This document shows, piece after piece, positions 1 to 15,000 of a DNA stretch of 64,000 nucleotides; the stretch's first letter is position 1; each line of letters begins with the position of its first letter. Both the position numbers and the translations under genes were made by a program. Where the stretch lies: assembly GCA_964016885.1 (NCBI GenBank), contig OZ024757.1:9300001-9364000 (forward strand), given 5' to 3'. This stretch comes from Eledone cirrhosa. Lineage: Eukaryota. The notes below the pieces were generated by a model. It did no database searches. It worked only from the letters and a program-made list of their open reading frames with translations, and was not told the DNA's origin.

Positions 1-3000
1 GCATATTGTAGTGTGGTGTGGTATATTGTAGTGTGGTGTGGTATATTGTCGTGCGATGTATTATAGTGTAGTGCAGCGTGATATATTGTAGTGTGGTGTG
101 ATATATTGTAGTGTGGTGTGGTATATTGTAGTGTGGTGTGATATAGTGTAGTGTGGTGTGGTATACTGTAATGTGGTGTGGTGGGCTATATGGTAGTGTG
201 GTGTGACATGTTGTAGTGTGGTGTGGTATATTCTAGTGTGATGGGGTATATTGTGGGTGTGGTGTGCTATATAGTATTATGGTGTTATATAGTGTAGTGT
301 GGTGTGGTATATTGTAGTGTGGTGTGGTATAGTGTAGTGTGGTAAATTGTAGTGTGGTGTGGTATATAGTAGTGTGGTGTTATATAGTGTAGTGTGGTGT
401 GATATATTGTACTGTGGTGTGGTATAGTGAAGTGTGCTGCGATATTGTAGTGTGATGTGGTATATTGTGGGTGTGGTGTGCTATATAGCAGTATGGTGTT
501 ATATAGTGTAGTGTGGTGTGGTATATTGTAGTGTGGTGTGGTATAGTGAAGTGTGCTGTGATATATTTTAGTGTGGTGTGGTATAGTGTAGTGTGATGTG
601 AAATAATGTATTGTGGTCTACTATATTATAGTGTGGTATATTGTAGTATGTTGCGATATATTGTAGTGTGGTTTGGTGTATTGTAATGTCGTGTGGTATA
701 TTGTAGTCTGATATATTGTAGTGTGGCATCTTGTAGTGTGTTCTGATATATTGTAGTGTGGTATGGTATATTGTAGTATGGTGTAGTATATTGTAGTGTG
801 GTGTCGCATATTTTAGTGAGGTGTGGTATGTGGTAGTGTGATGTGATATAGTGTAGTGTGGTGTGGTATACTGTAGTGTGGCGTGATATAGTGTACTGTA
901 GTGTGATATATTGTAGCGTGGTGGGATATATTGTAGTGTGGTGTGATATAGTGTAGTGTGGTGTGATAAATGGCTGTGTGGTGTGTCATGGTGTAGTGTG
1001 GTGTGATTTAGTGTAGTGTGGTGTGGTATAATGTAGTGTCGTGTGATATACTGTAGTGTGGCGTGATATCTAGTATTGTGATGTGATACAGTGTAGTGTG
1101 GTGTGGTATATTGTAGTGGGATGTGGTATATTGTAGTGTGTTTTGATATAGTATAGTTTGGTGTGATATATTGTAGTGCGGTGTGATATAGTGTAGTGTG
1201 ATGTGATATATTGTAATGCGGTGTGATATATTGTAGTGTGGTGTGGTATAGTGTAGTGTGGTGTGATATATTGTAGTGTGGTGTGGTATAGTGTAGTGTG
1301 ATGTGATATATTGTAGTGTGGTGTGATGTGAAATATTGTAGTAGTTGTGATATAGTCAAATGTGGTATATTGTAGTGTGATATATTGTAGCCTGGTGTTA
1401 TATATTGTAGTCTGGTGTGATATACTGAAATGTGGTGTGATATATTATAGTGTGGTGTGATATATTGTAGTATGGTGTCGTATATTCTAGTGTGGTGTGA
1501 TATATTGTATTGTGGTGTGGTATATTGTAGTGTGGTTTGATATATTTTAATGTGGAGTGGAATATTGTATTGTGGTGAGATATAATGTAGTGTCGTGTGA
1601 TATAGTGTTGTGTGGTGTGGTATACGTAGTGTGGTGTGGTATATTGTAGTGTGGTGTGGTATAATGTAGTGTGATGTGAAATAATGTATTGTGGTCTGCT
1701 ATATTGTAGTGTGGTATATTGTAGTGTGGTGTAGTATATTGTCGTGTATTATGATATATTGTATTGTGGTTTGGTATATTGTAGTGCGATGTAGTATATT
1801 TTAGTGTGGGGTAGTATATTTTAGTGTTCTGTGGTGTGGTGTGGTGTGGCATATTGTAGTGTCGTGTGATATATTGTAGTGTGGTATTGTATATTGTAGT
1901 GTGGTGTAGTATATTGTAGTGTGGTGAAGTATATTGTATTCTGGTGTGATATAGTTTAGTGTGGTGTGGTATAGTGTAGTGTGGTGTGGTATATTGTAGT
2001 GTGGTGTGATATATTGTGGTGTGGTGTGGTATATTGTAGTGTGGTGTGGTAAATTGTAGTGTGATGTGGCATATTGCAGTGTGGTGTGGTAAATTGTAGG
2101 GTGGTGTGCTATATTGTCGTGTGATGTGATATAGTGTAGTTCAGCGTGATATATTGTAGTGTGGTGTGATATATTGTAGTGTGGTGTGGTATATTGTAGT
2201 GTGGTTTGATATAGTGTAGTGTGGTGTGGTATACTGTAATGTGGTGTGGTGGGCTATATGGTAGTGTGGTGTGATATATTGTAGTGTGATGTGGTATATT
2301 GTGGGTGTGGTATACTGTACCTGTTGTAGTATATTGTAGTGTGGTGTGGTATAATGTTAGTGTGATGTGGTATATTGTGGGTGTGTTGTGCTATATAGTA
2401 GTATGATGTTATATAGTGTAGTGTGGCGTGGTATATTGTAGTGTGGTGTGGTATAGTGAAGTGTGATGTGATATATTTTAGTGTGATGTGATATAATGTA
2501 GAGTGATGTGATATATTGTAGTAGGTTGTGATACAGTGTAGTGTGGTATATTGTAGTGTGGTGTTATATAGTGTAGTGTGGTGTGATATATTGTACTGTG
2601 GTGTGGTATAGTGAAGTGTGCTGTGATATAGTGTAGTGTGATGTGATATATGTAGTGTGATGTGATATATGTAGTGTGATGTGATATATTGTAGTAGGTT
2701 GTGATGTAGCGTAGTGTGGTATATTGTAGTGTGGTGTGATATATTGTAGTGTAGTGTGGTATATTGTAGTGTGGTGTGATATATTGTAGTGTGGTGTGAT
2801 ATATTGTAGTGTGGTGTGGTATAGTGTGATGTGTTGTGGTATATTATAGTGTGCTGTGATATATTGTAGTTTGGTGTATTATTTTGTAGTGTGATGATGT
2901 ATATTGTAGTGGGATGTGGTATATTGTAGTGTGTTGTGATATAGTGTAGTGTGATGTGATATATTGTAGTGTGGTGTGGCATACTGTAGTGTGGTGTGGT

Positions 3001-6000
3001 ATATTGAAGTGTCGCGTGGTATAGTGTAGTGTGATGTGAAATAATGTATTGTGGTTCTGCTATATTGTAGTGTGTTGTAGTATATTGTAGTGTGGTGTGG
3101 TATAGTGTAGTGTGGTTTGGTATATTGTAGTGTGATGTGGTATATTGTAGTGTAGTGTAGTATATTGTAGTGTGGAGTGGTATATTGTAGTGTGGTGTGA
3201 TATATCGTAGTGTGGTGTGGTATATTGTAGTGTGGTGTGATATATTGTAGTGTGATGTGAAATAATGTATTGGGGTTCTGCTCTATTGTAGTGTGGTATA
3301 TTGTAGTGTGTTGTAGTATATTGTAGTGTGGTGTGTTATATTGTAGTGTGGTGTGATATATTGTAGTGTGGTGTGGTATATTGTAGTGTGATATATTGTA
3401 TTGTGCTATATTGTAGTGTGGTGTGATATATTGAAGTGTGGTATGGTATATTGTAGTGTGGTGTAGTATATTGTAGTGTGGTGTTATATAGTGTCGTGTG
3501 GTGTGGTATAGTGTAGTGTGTTGTAGTATATTGTAGTATGGTGTGATATATTGTTGTGTGGTGTGGTATATTGTAGTGTGGTGTGATATATTGTAGTGTG
3601 GTGTGATATATTGTAGTGTGGTGTGATATATTGTAGTGTGGTGTGGTATAGTGTAGTGTGATGTGGCACAATGCAGTGTGGTGTGGTATATTGTAGTGTG
3701 GTGTGATATAGTGTAGTGTGTTGTGATATATTTTACTATGGTGTGGTATATTGTAGTGTAGTGTAATATTATGTAATGTGGTGTGGTATAGTGTAGTGTG
3801 GTGTGATACAGTGTAGTGTAATATAGTGTAGTGTGGTGTGGTATAGTGTACTGTGTTGTGATATATGGTAGTGTGATGTGCTATATTGTAGTGGGGTGTG
3901 ATATACTGTAGTATGTTGTGTTATATTGTAGTGTGATATCATATACTGTAGTGTGGTGTGATATATAGTAGTGTCATGTGATATAGTGTAGTGTGGTGTG
4001 GTATACTGTAGTGTGTTGTTATATAGTGTAGTGTGGTGTTATATATTGTAGTGTGGTGTGATATATTGTAGTGTGTTGTGATACAGTGTAGTGTAGTGTA
4101 ATATAGTGTAGTGTTGTGTGGTATAGTGTAGTGTGGTGTGATATATGGTAGTGTGATGTGCTATATTGTAGTGTGGTGTGATATACTGTAGTATGGTGTG
4201 TTATATTGTAGTGTGATATCATATACTGTAGTGTGGTGTGATATATAGTAGTGTCATGTGATATAGTGTAGTGTGGTGTGGTATACTGTAGTGTGGTGTT
4301 ATATAGTGTAGCGTGGTGTGGTATATTGTAGTGTGTTGTGATATAGTGTAGTGTAGTGTAGTGTAATATATTGTAGTGTGGTGTGGTAAAATGTAGTGAG
4401 GTGTGATATATGGTCGTGTGGTGTAATATATTGTAGTGTGGTGTGGTATATTGTAGTGTGATGTGGTATATTGTAGTTTGATGTTGTATATTGTAGTGTG
4501 GTGTGATAGAGTCTAGTGTGTTGTGATATGTTGTAGTGTGGCGAGATATCTTGTAGTGTGGTGTGTTATAGTGTAGTGTGGTGTGAAATAATGTATTGTG
4601 GTACCGCTATATTATAGTGTGTTGCAGTATATTGTAGTGTCGTGTGGTATAGTGTAGTGTGGAGTGGAATATTGTAGTGTGGTGTGATATATTGTAGTGT
4701 GGTGAGGTATATTGTAGTGTAGTGTGATATATTGTAGTGTGGTGTGATATATTGTAGTGTGGTGTGGTATACTGTAATGTGGTGTGGTATATTATAGGGT
4801 GGTGTGATATATTGTGATTTGGTGTAGTATTTTGTAGTTTGATGTGGTATATTGTAGTGTGGTGTGGTATATTGTAGTGTGGTGTGATATATTGTAGTGT
4901 GGTGTGATATATTGTATTGTGGTTTGGTACACTGTAGTGTAGTGTGGTATATTGTAGTGCGATGTGAAATAATGCATTGGGGTTCTGCTATATTGTAGTG
5001 TGTTGTAGTATATTGTAGTGTGGTGCGATATATTGTAGTGTGGTGTGATATAGTGTTGTGTGGTGTGGTATATTGTAGTGTGGTGTGGTATATTGTAGTG
5101 TAGTGTGATATATTGTAGTGTGGTCTGATATAGTGTAGTGTGGTGTGGTATATTTAGTGTGATATATTGTATTGTGCTATATTGTAGTGTGGTGTGATAT
5201 ATTGAAGTGTGGTATGGTATATTGTAGTGTGGTGTGATATATTGTAGTGTGGTGTGATATATTGTAGTGTGGTATTGTATATTGTAGTGTGGTGAAGTAT
5301 ATTGTATTGTGGTGTGATATAGTTTAGTGTGGTGTGGTATAGTGTAGTGTGGTGTGGTATATTGTAGTGTGGTGTGATATATTGTGGTGTGGTGTGGTAT
5401 ATTGTAGTGTGGTGTTGTATATTGTAGCGTGATGTAGCATATTGTAGTGTGGTGTGGTATATTGTAGTGTGGTGTGGTATATTGTCGTGCGATGTATTAT
5501 AGTGTAGTGCAGCGTGATATATTGTAGTGTGGTGTGATATATTGTAGTGTGGTGTGGTATATTGTAGTGTGGTGTGATATAGTGTAGTGTGGTGTGGTAT
5601 ACTGTAATGTGGTGTGGTGGGCTATATGGTAGTGTGGTGTGACATGTTGTAGTGTGGTGTGGTATATTCTAGTGTGATGGGGTATATTGTGGGTGTGGTG
5701 TGCTATATAGTATTATGGTGTTATATAGTGTAGTGTGGTGTGGTATATTGTAGTGTGGTGTGGTATAGTGTAGTGTGGTAAATTGTAGTGTGGTGTGGTA
5801 TATAGTAGTGTGGTGTTATATAGTGTAGTGTGGTGTGATATATTGTACTGTGGTGTGGTATAGTGAAGTGTGCTGCGATATTGTAGTGTGATGTGGTATA
5901 TTGTGGGTGTGGTGTGCTATATAGCAGTATGGTGTTATATAGTGTAGTGTGGTGTGGTATATTGTAGTGTGGTGTGGTATAGTGAAGTGTGCTGTGATAT

Positions 6001-9000
6001 ATTTTAGTGTTGTGTGGTATAGTGTAGTGTGATGTGAAATAATGTATTGTGGTCTACTATATTATAGTGTGGTATATTGTAGTATGTTGCGATATATTGT
6101 AGTGTGGTTTGGTGTATTGTAATGTCGTGTGGTATATTGTAGTCTGATATATTGTAGTGTGGCATCTTGTAGTGTGTTCTGATATATTGTAGTGTGGTAT
6201 GGTATATTGTAGTATGGTGTAGTATATTGTAGTGTGGTGTCGCATATTTTAGTGAGGTGTGGTATGTGGTAGTGTGATGTGATATAGTGTAGTGTGGTGT
6301 GGTATACTGTAGTGTGGCGTGATATAGTGTACTGTAGTGTGATATATTGTAGCGTGGTGGGATATATTGTAGTGTGGTGTGATATAGTGTAGTGTGGTGT
6401 GATAAATGGCTGTGTGGTGTGTCATGGTGTAGTGTGGTGTGATTTAGTGTAGTGTGGTGTGGTATAATGTAGTGTCGTGTGATATACTGTAGTGTGGCGT
6501 GATATCTAGTATTGTGATGTGATACAGTGTAGTGTGGTGTGGTATATTGTAGTGGGATGTGGTATATTGTAGTGTGTTTTGATATAGTATAGTTTGGTGT
6601 GATATATTGTAGTGCGGTGTGATATAGTGTAGTGTGATGTGATATATTGTAATGCGGTGTGATATATTGTAGTGTGGTGTGGTATAGTGTAGTGTGGTGT
6701 GATATATTGTAGTGTGGTGTGGTATAGTGTAGTGTGGTGTGATATATTGTAGTGTGGTCTGATATAGTGTAGTGTGATGTGAAATATTGTAGTAGTTGTG
6801 ATATAGTCAAATGTGGTATATTGTAGTGTGATATATTGTAGCCTGGTGTTATATATTGTAGTCTGGTGTGATATACTGAAATGTGGTGTGATATATTATA
6901 GTGTGGTGTGATATATTGTAGTATGGTGTCGTATATTCTAGTGTGGTGTGATATATTGTATTGTGGTGTGGTATATTGTAGTGTGGTTTGATATATTTTA
7001 ATGTGGAGTGGAATATTGTATTGTGGTGAGATATAATGTAGTGTCGTGTGATATAGTGTTGTGTGGTGTGGTATACGTAGTGTGGTGTGGTATATTGTAG
7101 TGTGGTGTGGTATAATGTAGTGTGATGTGAAATAATGTATTGTGGTCTGCTATATTGTAGTGTGGTATATTGTAGTGTGGTGTAGTATATTGTCGTGTAT
7201 TATGATATATTGTATTGTGGTTTGGTATATTGTAGTGCGATGTAGTATATTTTAGTGTGGGGTAGTATATTTTAGTGTGCTGTGGTGTGGTGTGGTGTGG
7301 CATATTGTAGTGTCGTGTGATATATTGTAGTGTGGTATTGTATATTGTAGTGTGGTGTAGTATATTGTAGTGTGGTGAAGTATATTGTATTCTGGTGTGA
7401 TATAGTTTAGTGTGGTGTGGTATAGTGTAGTGTGGTGTGGTATATTGTAGTGTGGTGTGATATATTGTGGTGTGGTGTGGTATATTGTAGTGTGGTGTGG
7501 TAAATTGTAGTGTGATGTGGCATATTGCAGTGTGGTGTGGTAAATTGTAGGGTGGTGTGCTATATTGTCGTGCGATGTGATATAGTGTAGTTCAGCGTGA
7601 TATATTGTAGTGTGGTGTGATATATTGTAGTGTGGTGTGGTATATTGTAGTGTGGTGTGATATAGTGTAGTGTGGTGTGGTATACTGTAATGTGGTGTGG
7701 TGGGCTATATGGTAGTGTGGTGTGATATATTGTAGTGTGATGTGGTATATTGTGGGTGTGGTATACTGTACCTGTTGTAGTATATTGTAGTGTGGTGTGG
7801 TATAATGTTAGTGTGATGTGGTATATTGTGGGTGTGTTGTGCTATATAGTAGTATGATGTTATATAGTGTAGTGTGGCGTGGTATATTGTAGTGTGGTGT
7901 GGTATAGTGAAGTGTGATGTGATATATTTTAGTGTGATGTGATATAATGTAGAGTGATGTGATATATTGTAGTAGGTTGTGATACAGTGTAGTGTGGTAT
8001 ATTGTAGTGTGGTGTTATATAGTGTAGTGTGGTGTGATATATTGTACTGTGGTGTGGTATAGTGAAGTGTGCTGTGATATAGTGTAGTGTGATGTGATAT
8101 ATGTAGTGTGATGTGATATATTGTAGTAGGTTGTGATGTAGCGTAGTGTGGTATATTGTAGTGTGGTGTGATATATTGTAGTGTAGTGTGGTATATTGTA
8201 GTGTGGTGTGATATATTGTAGTGTGGTGTGATATATTGTAGTGTGGTGTGGTATAGTGTGATGTGTTGTGGTATATTATAGTGTGCTGTGATATATTGTA
8301 GTTTGGTGTATTATTTTGTAGTGTGATGATGTATATTGTAGTGGGATGTGGTATATTGTAGTGTGTTGTGATATAGTGTAGTGTGATGTGATATATTGTA
8401 GTGTGGTGTGGCATACTGTAGTGTGGTGTGGTATATTGTAGTGTCGCGTGGTATAGTGTAGTGTGATGTGAAATAATGTATTGTGGTTCTGCTATATTGT
8501 AGTGTGTTGTAGTATATTGTAGTGTGGTGTGGTATAGTGTAGTGTGGTTTGGTATATTGTAGTGTGATGTGGTATATTGTAGTGTAGTGTAGTATATTGT
8601 AGTGTGGAGTGGTATATTGTAGTGTGGTGTGATATATCGTAGTGTGGTGTGGTATATTGTAGTGTGGTGTGATATATTGTAGTGTGATGTGAAATAATGT
8701 ATTGGGGTTCTGCTCTATTGTAGTGTGGTATATTGTAGTGTGTTGTAGTATATTGTAGTGTGGTGTGTTATATTGTAGTGTGGTGTGATATATTGTAGTG
8801 TGGTGTGGTATATTGTAGTGTGATATATTGTATTGTGCTATATTGTAGTGTGGTGTGATATATTGAAGTGTGGTATGGTATATTGTAGTGTGGTGTAGTA
8901 TATTGTAGTGTGGTGTTATATAGTGTCGTGTGGTGTGGTATAGTGTAGTGTGTTGTAGTATATTGTAGTATGGTGTGATATATTGTTGTGTGGTGTGGTA

Positions 9001-12000
9001 TATTGTAGTGTGGTGTGATATATTGTAGTGTGGTGTGATATATTGTAGTGTGGTGTGATATATTGTAGTGTGGTGTGGTATAGTGTAGTGTGATGTGGCA
9101 CAATGCAGTGTGGTGTGGTATATTGTAGTGTGGTGTGATATAGTGTAGTGTGTTGTGATATATTTTACTATGGTGTGGTATATTGTAGTGTAGTGTAATA
9201 TTATGTAATGTGGTGTGGTATAGTGTAGTGTGGTGTGATACAGTGTAGTGTAATATAGTGTAGTGTGGTGTGGTATAGTGTACTGTGTTGTGATATATGG
9301 TAGTGTGATGTGCTATATTGTAGTGGGGTGTGATATACTGTAGTATGTTGTGTTATATTGTAGTGTGATATCATATACTGTAGTGTGGTGTGATATATAG
9401 TAGTGTCATGTGATATAGTGTAGTGTGGTGTGGTATACTGTAGTGTGTTGTTATATAGTGTAGTGTGGTGTTATATATTGTAGTGTGGTGTGATATATTG
9501 TAGTGTGTTGTGATACAGTGTAGTGTAGTGTAATATAGTGTAGTGTTGTGTGGTATAGTGTAGTGTGGTGTGATATATGGTAGTGTGATGTGCTATATTG
9601 TAGTGTGGTGTGATATACTGTAGTATGGTGTGTTATATTGTAGTGTGATATCATATACTGTAGTGTGGTGTGATATATAGTAGTGTCATGTGATATAGTG
9701 TAGTGTGGTGTGGTATACTGTAGTGTGGTGTTATATAGTGTAGCGTGGTGTGGTATATTGTAGTGTGTTGTGATATAGTGTAGTGTAGTGTAGTGTAATA
9801 TATTGTAGTGTGGTGTGGTAAAATGTAGTGAGGTGTGATATATGGTCGTGTGGTGTAATATATTGTAGTGTGGTGTGGTATATTGTAGTGTGATGTGGTA
9901 TATTGTAGTTTGATGTTGTATATTGTAGTGTGGTGTGATAGAGTCTAGTGTGTTGTGATATGTTGTAGTGTGGCGAGATATCTTGTAGTGTGGTGTGTTA
10001 TAGTGTAGTGTGGTGTGAAATAATGTATTGTGGTACCGCTATATTATAGTGTGTTGCAGTATATTGTAGTGTTGTGTGGTATAGTGTAGTGTGGAGTGGA
10101 ATATTGTAGTGTGGTGTGATATATTGTAGTGTGGTGAGGTATATTGTAGTGTAGTGTGATATATTGTAGTGTGGTGTGATATATTGTAGTGTGGTGTGGT
10201 ATACTGTAATGTGGTGTGGTATATTATAGGGTGGTGTGATATATTGTGATTTGGTGTAGTATTTTGTAGTTTGATGTGGTATATTGTAGTGTGGTGTGGT
10301 ATATTGTAGTGTGGTGTGATATATTGTAGTGTGGTGTGATATATTGTATTGTGGTTTGGTACACTGTAGTGTAGTGTGGTATATTGTAGTGCGATGTGAA
10401 ATAATGCATTGGGGTTCTGCTATATTGTAGTGTGTTGTAGTATATTGTAGTGTGGTGCGATATATTGTAGTGTGGTGTGATATAGTGTTGTGTGGTGTGG
10501 TATATTGTAGTGTGGTGTGGTATATTGTAGTGTAGTGTGATATATTGTAGTGTGGTCTGATATAGTGTAGTGTGGTGTGGTATATTTAGTGTGATATATT
10601 GTATTGTGCTATATTGTAGTGTGGTGTGATATATTGAAGTGTGGTATGGTATATTGTAGTGTGGTGTAATATATTGTAGTGTGGTGTAGTATATTGTAGT
10701 GTGGTGTTATATAGTGTCGTGTGGTTTGGTATAGTGTAGTGTGTTGTGGTATATTGTAGTGTGGTGTGATATAGTGTTGTGTGGTGTGGTATATTATAGT
10801 GTGGTGTGGTATATTGTAGTGTGTTGTGATATATTGTAGTGTGGTGTGATATATTGTAGTGTGGTGTGGTATATTGCAGTGTGATGTGGCATAATGCAGT
10901 GTGGTGTGGTATATTGTAGTGGGGTTTGGTGTATTGTAGTGTGCTATGATATAGTGTGGTGCGGTGTGATATAATGTAGTGTGGTGTGGTATATTGTAGT
11001 GTGATGTGGTATATTGTAGTTTGATGTTGTATATTGTAGTGTGGTGTGATAGAGTGTAGTGTGTTGTGATATATTGTAGTGTGGCGAGATATCTTGTAGT
11101 GTGGTGTGTTATAGTGTAGTGTGGTGTGATATATTGTAGTGTGGTGTGGTATATTGCAGTGTGATGTGGCATAATGCAGTGTGGTGTGGTATATTGTAGT
11201 GGGGTTTGGTGTATTGTAGTGTGCTATGATGTAGTGTGGTGCGGTGTGATATATTGTAGTGTGCTATGATATAGTGTGGTGCGGTGTGATATATTGTAGT
11301 GTGGTGTGGTATATTGTAGCGTGATGTGGTATATTGTAGTTTGATGTTGTATATTGTAGTGTGGTGTGATAGAGTGTAGTGTGTTGTGATATATTGTAGT
11401 GTGGCGAGATATCTTGTAGCGTGGTGTGTTATAGTGTAGTGTGGTGTGATATATTGTAGTGTGGTGTGGTATACTGTGGTGGGATGTACTGTAATGTGGT
11501 GTGGTATAGTCTAGTGTGGTATATTGTAGTTTTGTGTGGCATATTATAGAGAGGTGTGGTATATGGTAGTGTGATGTGATATAGTGTAGTTTGGTGTGGT
11601 ATATTATAGTGTGGTGTGATATAGTGTAGCGTGTTGTGATATATTTTACTGTGGTGTGGTATACTGTAGTGTAGTGTAATATAGTATAGTGTGGTGTGGT
11701 ATATTGTAGGGTGGTGTGCTATATTGTCGTGCGATGTGATATAGTGTAGTTCAGCGTGATATATTGAAATGTGGTGTGATATATTGTAGTGTGGTGTGGT
11801 ATATTGTAGTGTGGTGTGATATAGTGTAGTGTGGTGTGTTATACTGTAATGTGGTGTGGTGGGCTATATGGTAGTGTGGTGTGATATATTGTAGTGTGAT
11901 GTGGTATATTGTGGGTGTGGTATACTGTACCTGTTGTAGTATATTGTAGTGTGGTGTGGTATAATGTAGTGTGATGTGGTATATTGTGGGTGTGTTGTGC

Positions 12001-15000
12001 TATATAGTAGTATGATGTTATATAGTGTAGTGTGGCGTGGTATAGTGAAGTGTGATGTGATATATTTTAGTGTGATGTGATATAATGTAGAGTGATGTGA
12101 TATATTGTAGTAGGTTGTGATACAGTGTAGTGTGGTATATTGTAGTGTGGTGTGGTATATAGTAGTGTCGTGTTATATAGTGTAGTGTGGTGTGATATAT
12201 TGTACTGTGGTGTGGTATAGTGAAGTGTGCTGTGATATATTGTAGTGTGATGTGATATATGTAGTGTGATGTGATATATTGTAGTAGGTTGTGATATAGC
12301 GTAGTGTGGTATATTGTAGTGTGGTGTGATATATTGTAGTGTAGTGTGCTATATTGTAGTGTGGTGTGATATATTGTAGTGTGGTGTGATATATTGTAGT
12401 GTGGTGTGGTATAGTGTGATGTGTTGTGGTATATTATAGTGTACTGTGATATATTCTAGTTTGGTGTATTATTTTGTAGTGTGATGATGTATATTGTAGT
12501 GGGATGTGGTATATTGTAGTGTGTTGTGATATAGTGTAGTGTGATGTGATATATTGTAGTGTGGTGTGGTATATTGTAGTGTGGTGTGGCATACTGTAGT
12601 GTGGTGTGGTATATTGTATTGTGGTGTGGCATACTGTAGTGTGGTGTGGTATATTGTATTGTCGCGTGGTATAGTGTAGTGTGATGTGAAATAATGTATT
12701 GTGGTTCTGCTATATTGTAGTGTGTTGTAGTATATTGTAGTGTGGTGTGGTATAGTGTAGAGTGGTTTGGTATATTGTAGTGTGATGTGGTATATTGTAG
12801 TGTAGTGTAGTATATTGTAGTGTGGAGTGGTATATTGTAGTGTGGTGTGATATATCGTAGTGTGGTGTGGTATATTGTAGTGTGGTGTGATATAATGTAG
12901 TGTGATGTGAAATAATGTATTGGGGTTCTGCTCTATTGTAGTGTGGTATATTGTAGTGTGTTGTAGTATAGCGTAGTGTGGTGCGATATATTGCAATATG
13001 GTTTGGTATATTGTAGTGCGATGTGGTATATTGTAGTGTGGTCTAGTATATTGTAGTGTGGTGTGTTATATTGTAGTGTGGTGTGATATATTGTAGTGTG
13101 GTGTGGTATATTGTAGTGTGATATATTGTATTGTGCTATATTGTAGTGTGGTGTGATATATTGAAGTGTGGTATGGTATATTGTAGTGTGGTGTAGTATA
13201 TTGTAGTGTGGTGTTATATAGTGTCGAGTGGTGTGGTATAGTGTAGTGTGTTGTAGTATATTGTAGTATGGTGTGATATATTGTTGTGTGGTGTGGTATA
13301 TTGTAGTGTGGTGTGATATATTGTAGTGTGGTGTGATATATTGTAGTGTGGTGTGATATATTGTAGTGTGGTGTGGTATAGTGTAGTGTGATGTGGCACA
13401 ATGCAGTGTGGTGTGGTATATTGTAGTGTGGTGTGATATAGTGTAGTGTGTTGTGATATATTTTACTGTGGTGTGGTATATTGTAGTGTAGTGTAATATT
13501 ATGTAATGTGGTGTGGTATAGTGTAGTGTGGTGTGATACAGTGTAGTGTAGTGTAATATAGTGTAGTGTGGTGTGGTATAGTGTACTGTGTTTTGATATA
13601 TGGTAGTGTGATGTGCTATATTGTAGTGTGGTGTGATATACTGTAGTATGTTGTGTTATATTGTAGTGTGATATCATATACTGTAGTGTGGTGTGATATA
13701 TAGTAGCGTCATGTGATATAGTGTAGTGTGGTGTGGTATACTGTAGTGTGGTGTTATATAGTGTAGTGTGGTGTTGTATATTGTAGTGTGGTGTGGTATA
13801 TTGTAGTGTGTTGTGATACAGTGTAGTGTAGTGTAATATAGTGTAGTGTTGTGTGGTATAGTGTAGTGTGGTGTGATATATGGTAGTGTGATGTGCTATA
13901 TTGTAGTGTGGTGTGATATACTGTAGTATGGTGTGTTATATTGTAGTGTGATATCATATACTGTAGTGTGGTGTGATATATAGTAGTGTCATGTGATATA
14001 GTGTAGTGTGGTGTGGTATACTGTAGTGTGGTGTTATATAGCGTAGCGTGGTGTGGTATATTGTAGTGTGTTGTGATATAGTGTAGTGTAGTGTAATACA
14101 TTGTAGTGTGGTGTGGTATAATGTAGTGTGGTGTGATATACGGTCGTGTGGTGTAATATATTGTAGTGTGGTGTGGTATATTGTAGTGTTATGTGGTATA
14201 TTGTAGTTTGATGTTGTATATTGTAGTGTGGTGTGATAGAGTCTAGTGTGTTGTGATATGTTGTAGTGTTGCGAGATATCTTGTAGTGTGGTGTGTTATA
14301 GTGTAGTGTGGTGTGAAATAATGTATTGTGGTACTGCTATATTATAGTGTGTTGCAGTATATTGTAGTGTCGTGTGGTATAGTGTAGTGTGGAGTGGAAT
14401 ATTGTAGTGTGGTGTGATATATTGTAGTGTGGTGAGGTATATTGTAGTGTAGTGTGATATATTGTAGTGTGGTGTGATATATTGTAGTGTGGTGTGGTAT
14501 ACTGTAATGTGGTGTGGTATATTATAGGGTGGTGTGATATATTGTGATTTGGTGTAGTATTTTGTAGTTTGATGTGGTATATTGTAGTGTGGTGTGGTAT
14601 ATTGTAGTGTGGTGTGATATATTGTAGTGTGGTGTGATATATTGTATTGTGGTTTGGTACACTGTCGTGTAGTGTGGTATAGTGTAGTGCGATGTGAAAT
14701 AATGCATTGGGGTTCTGCTATATTGTAGTGTGTTGTAGTATATTGTAGTGTGGTGCGATATATTGTAGTGTGGTGTGATATAGTGTTGTGTGGTGTGGTA
14801 TATTGTAGTGTGGTGTGGTATATTGTAGTGTGGTGTGATATATTGTAGTGTGGTCTGATATAGTGTAGTGTGGTGTGGTATATTTTAGTGTGACATATTG
14901 TATTGTGCTATATTGTAGTGTGGTGTGATATATTGAAGTGTGGTATGGTATATTGTAGTGTGGTGTACTATATTGTAGTGTGGTGTAGTATAATGTAGTG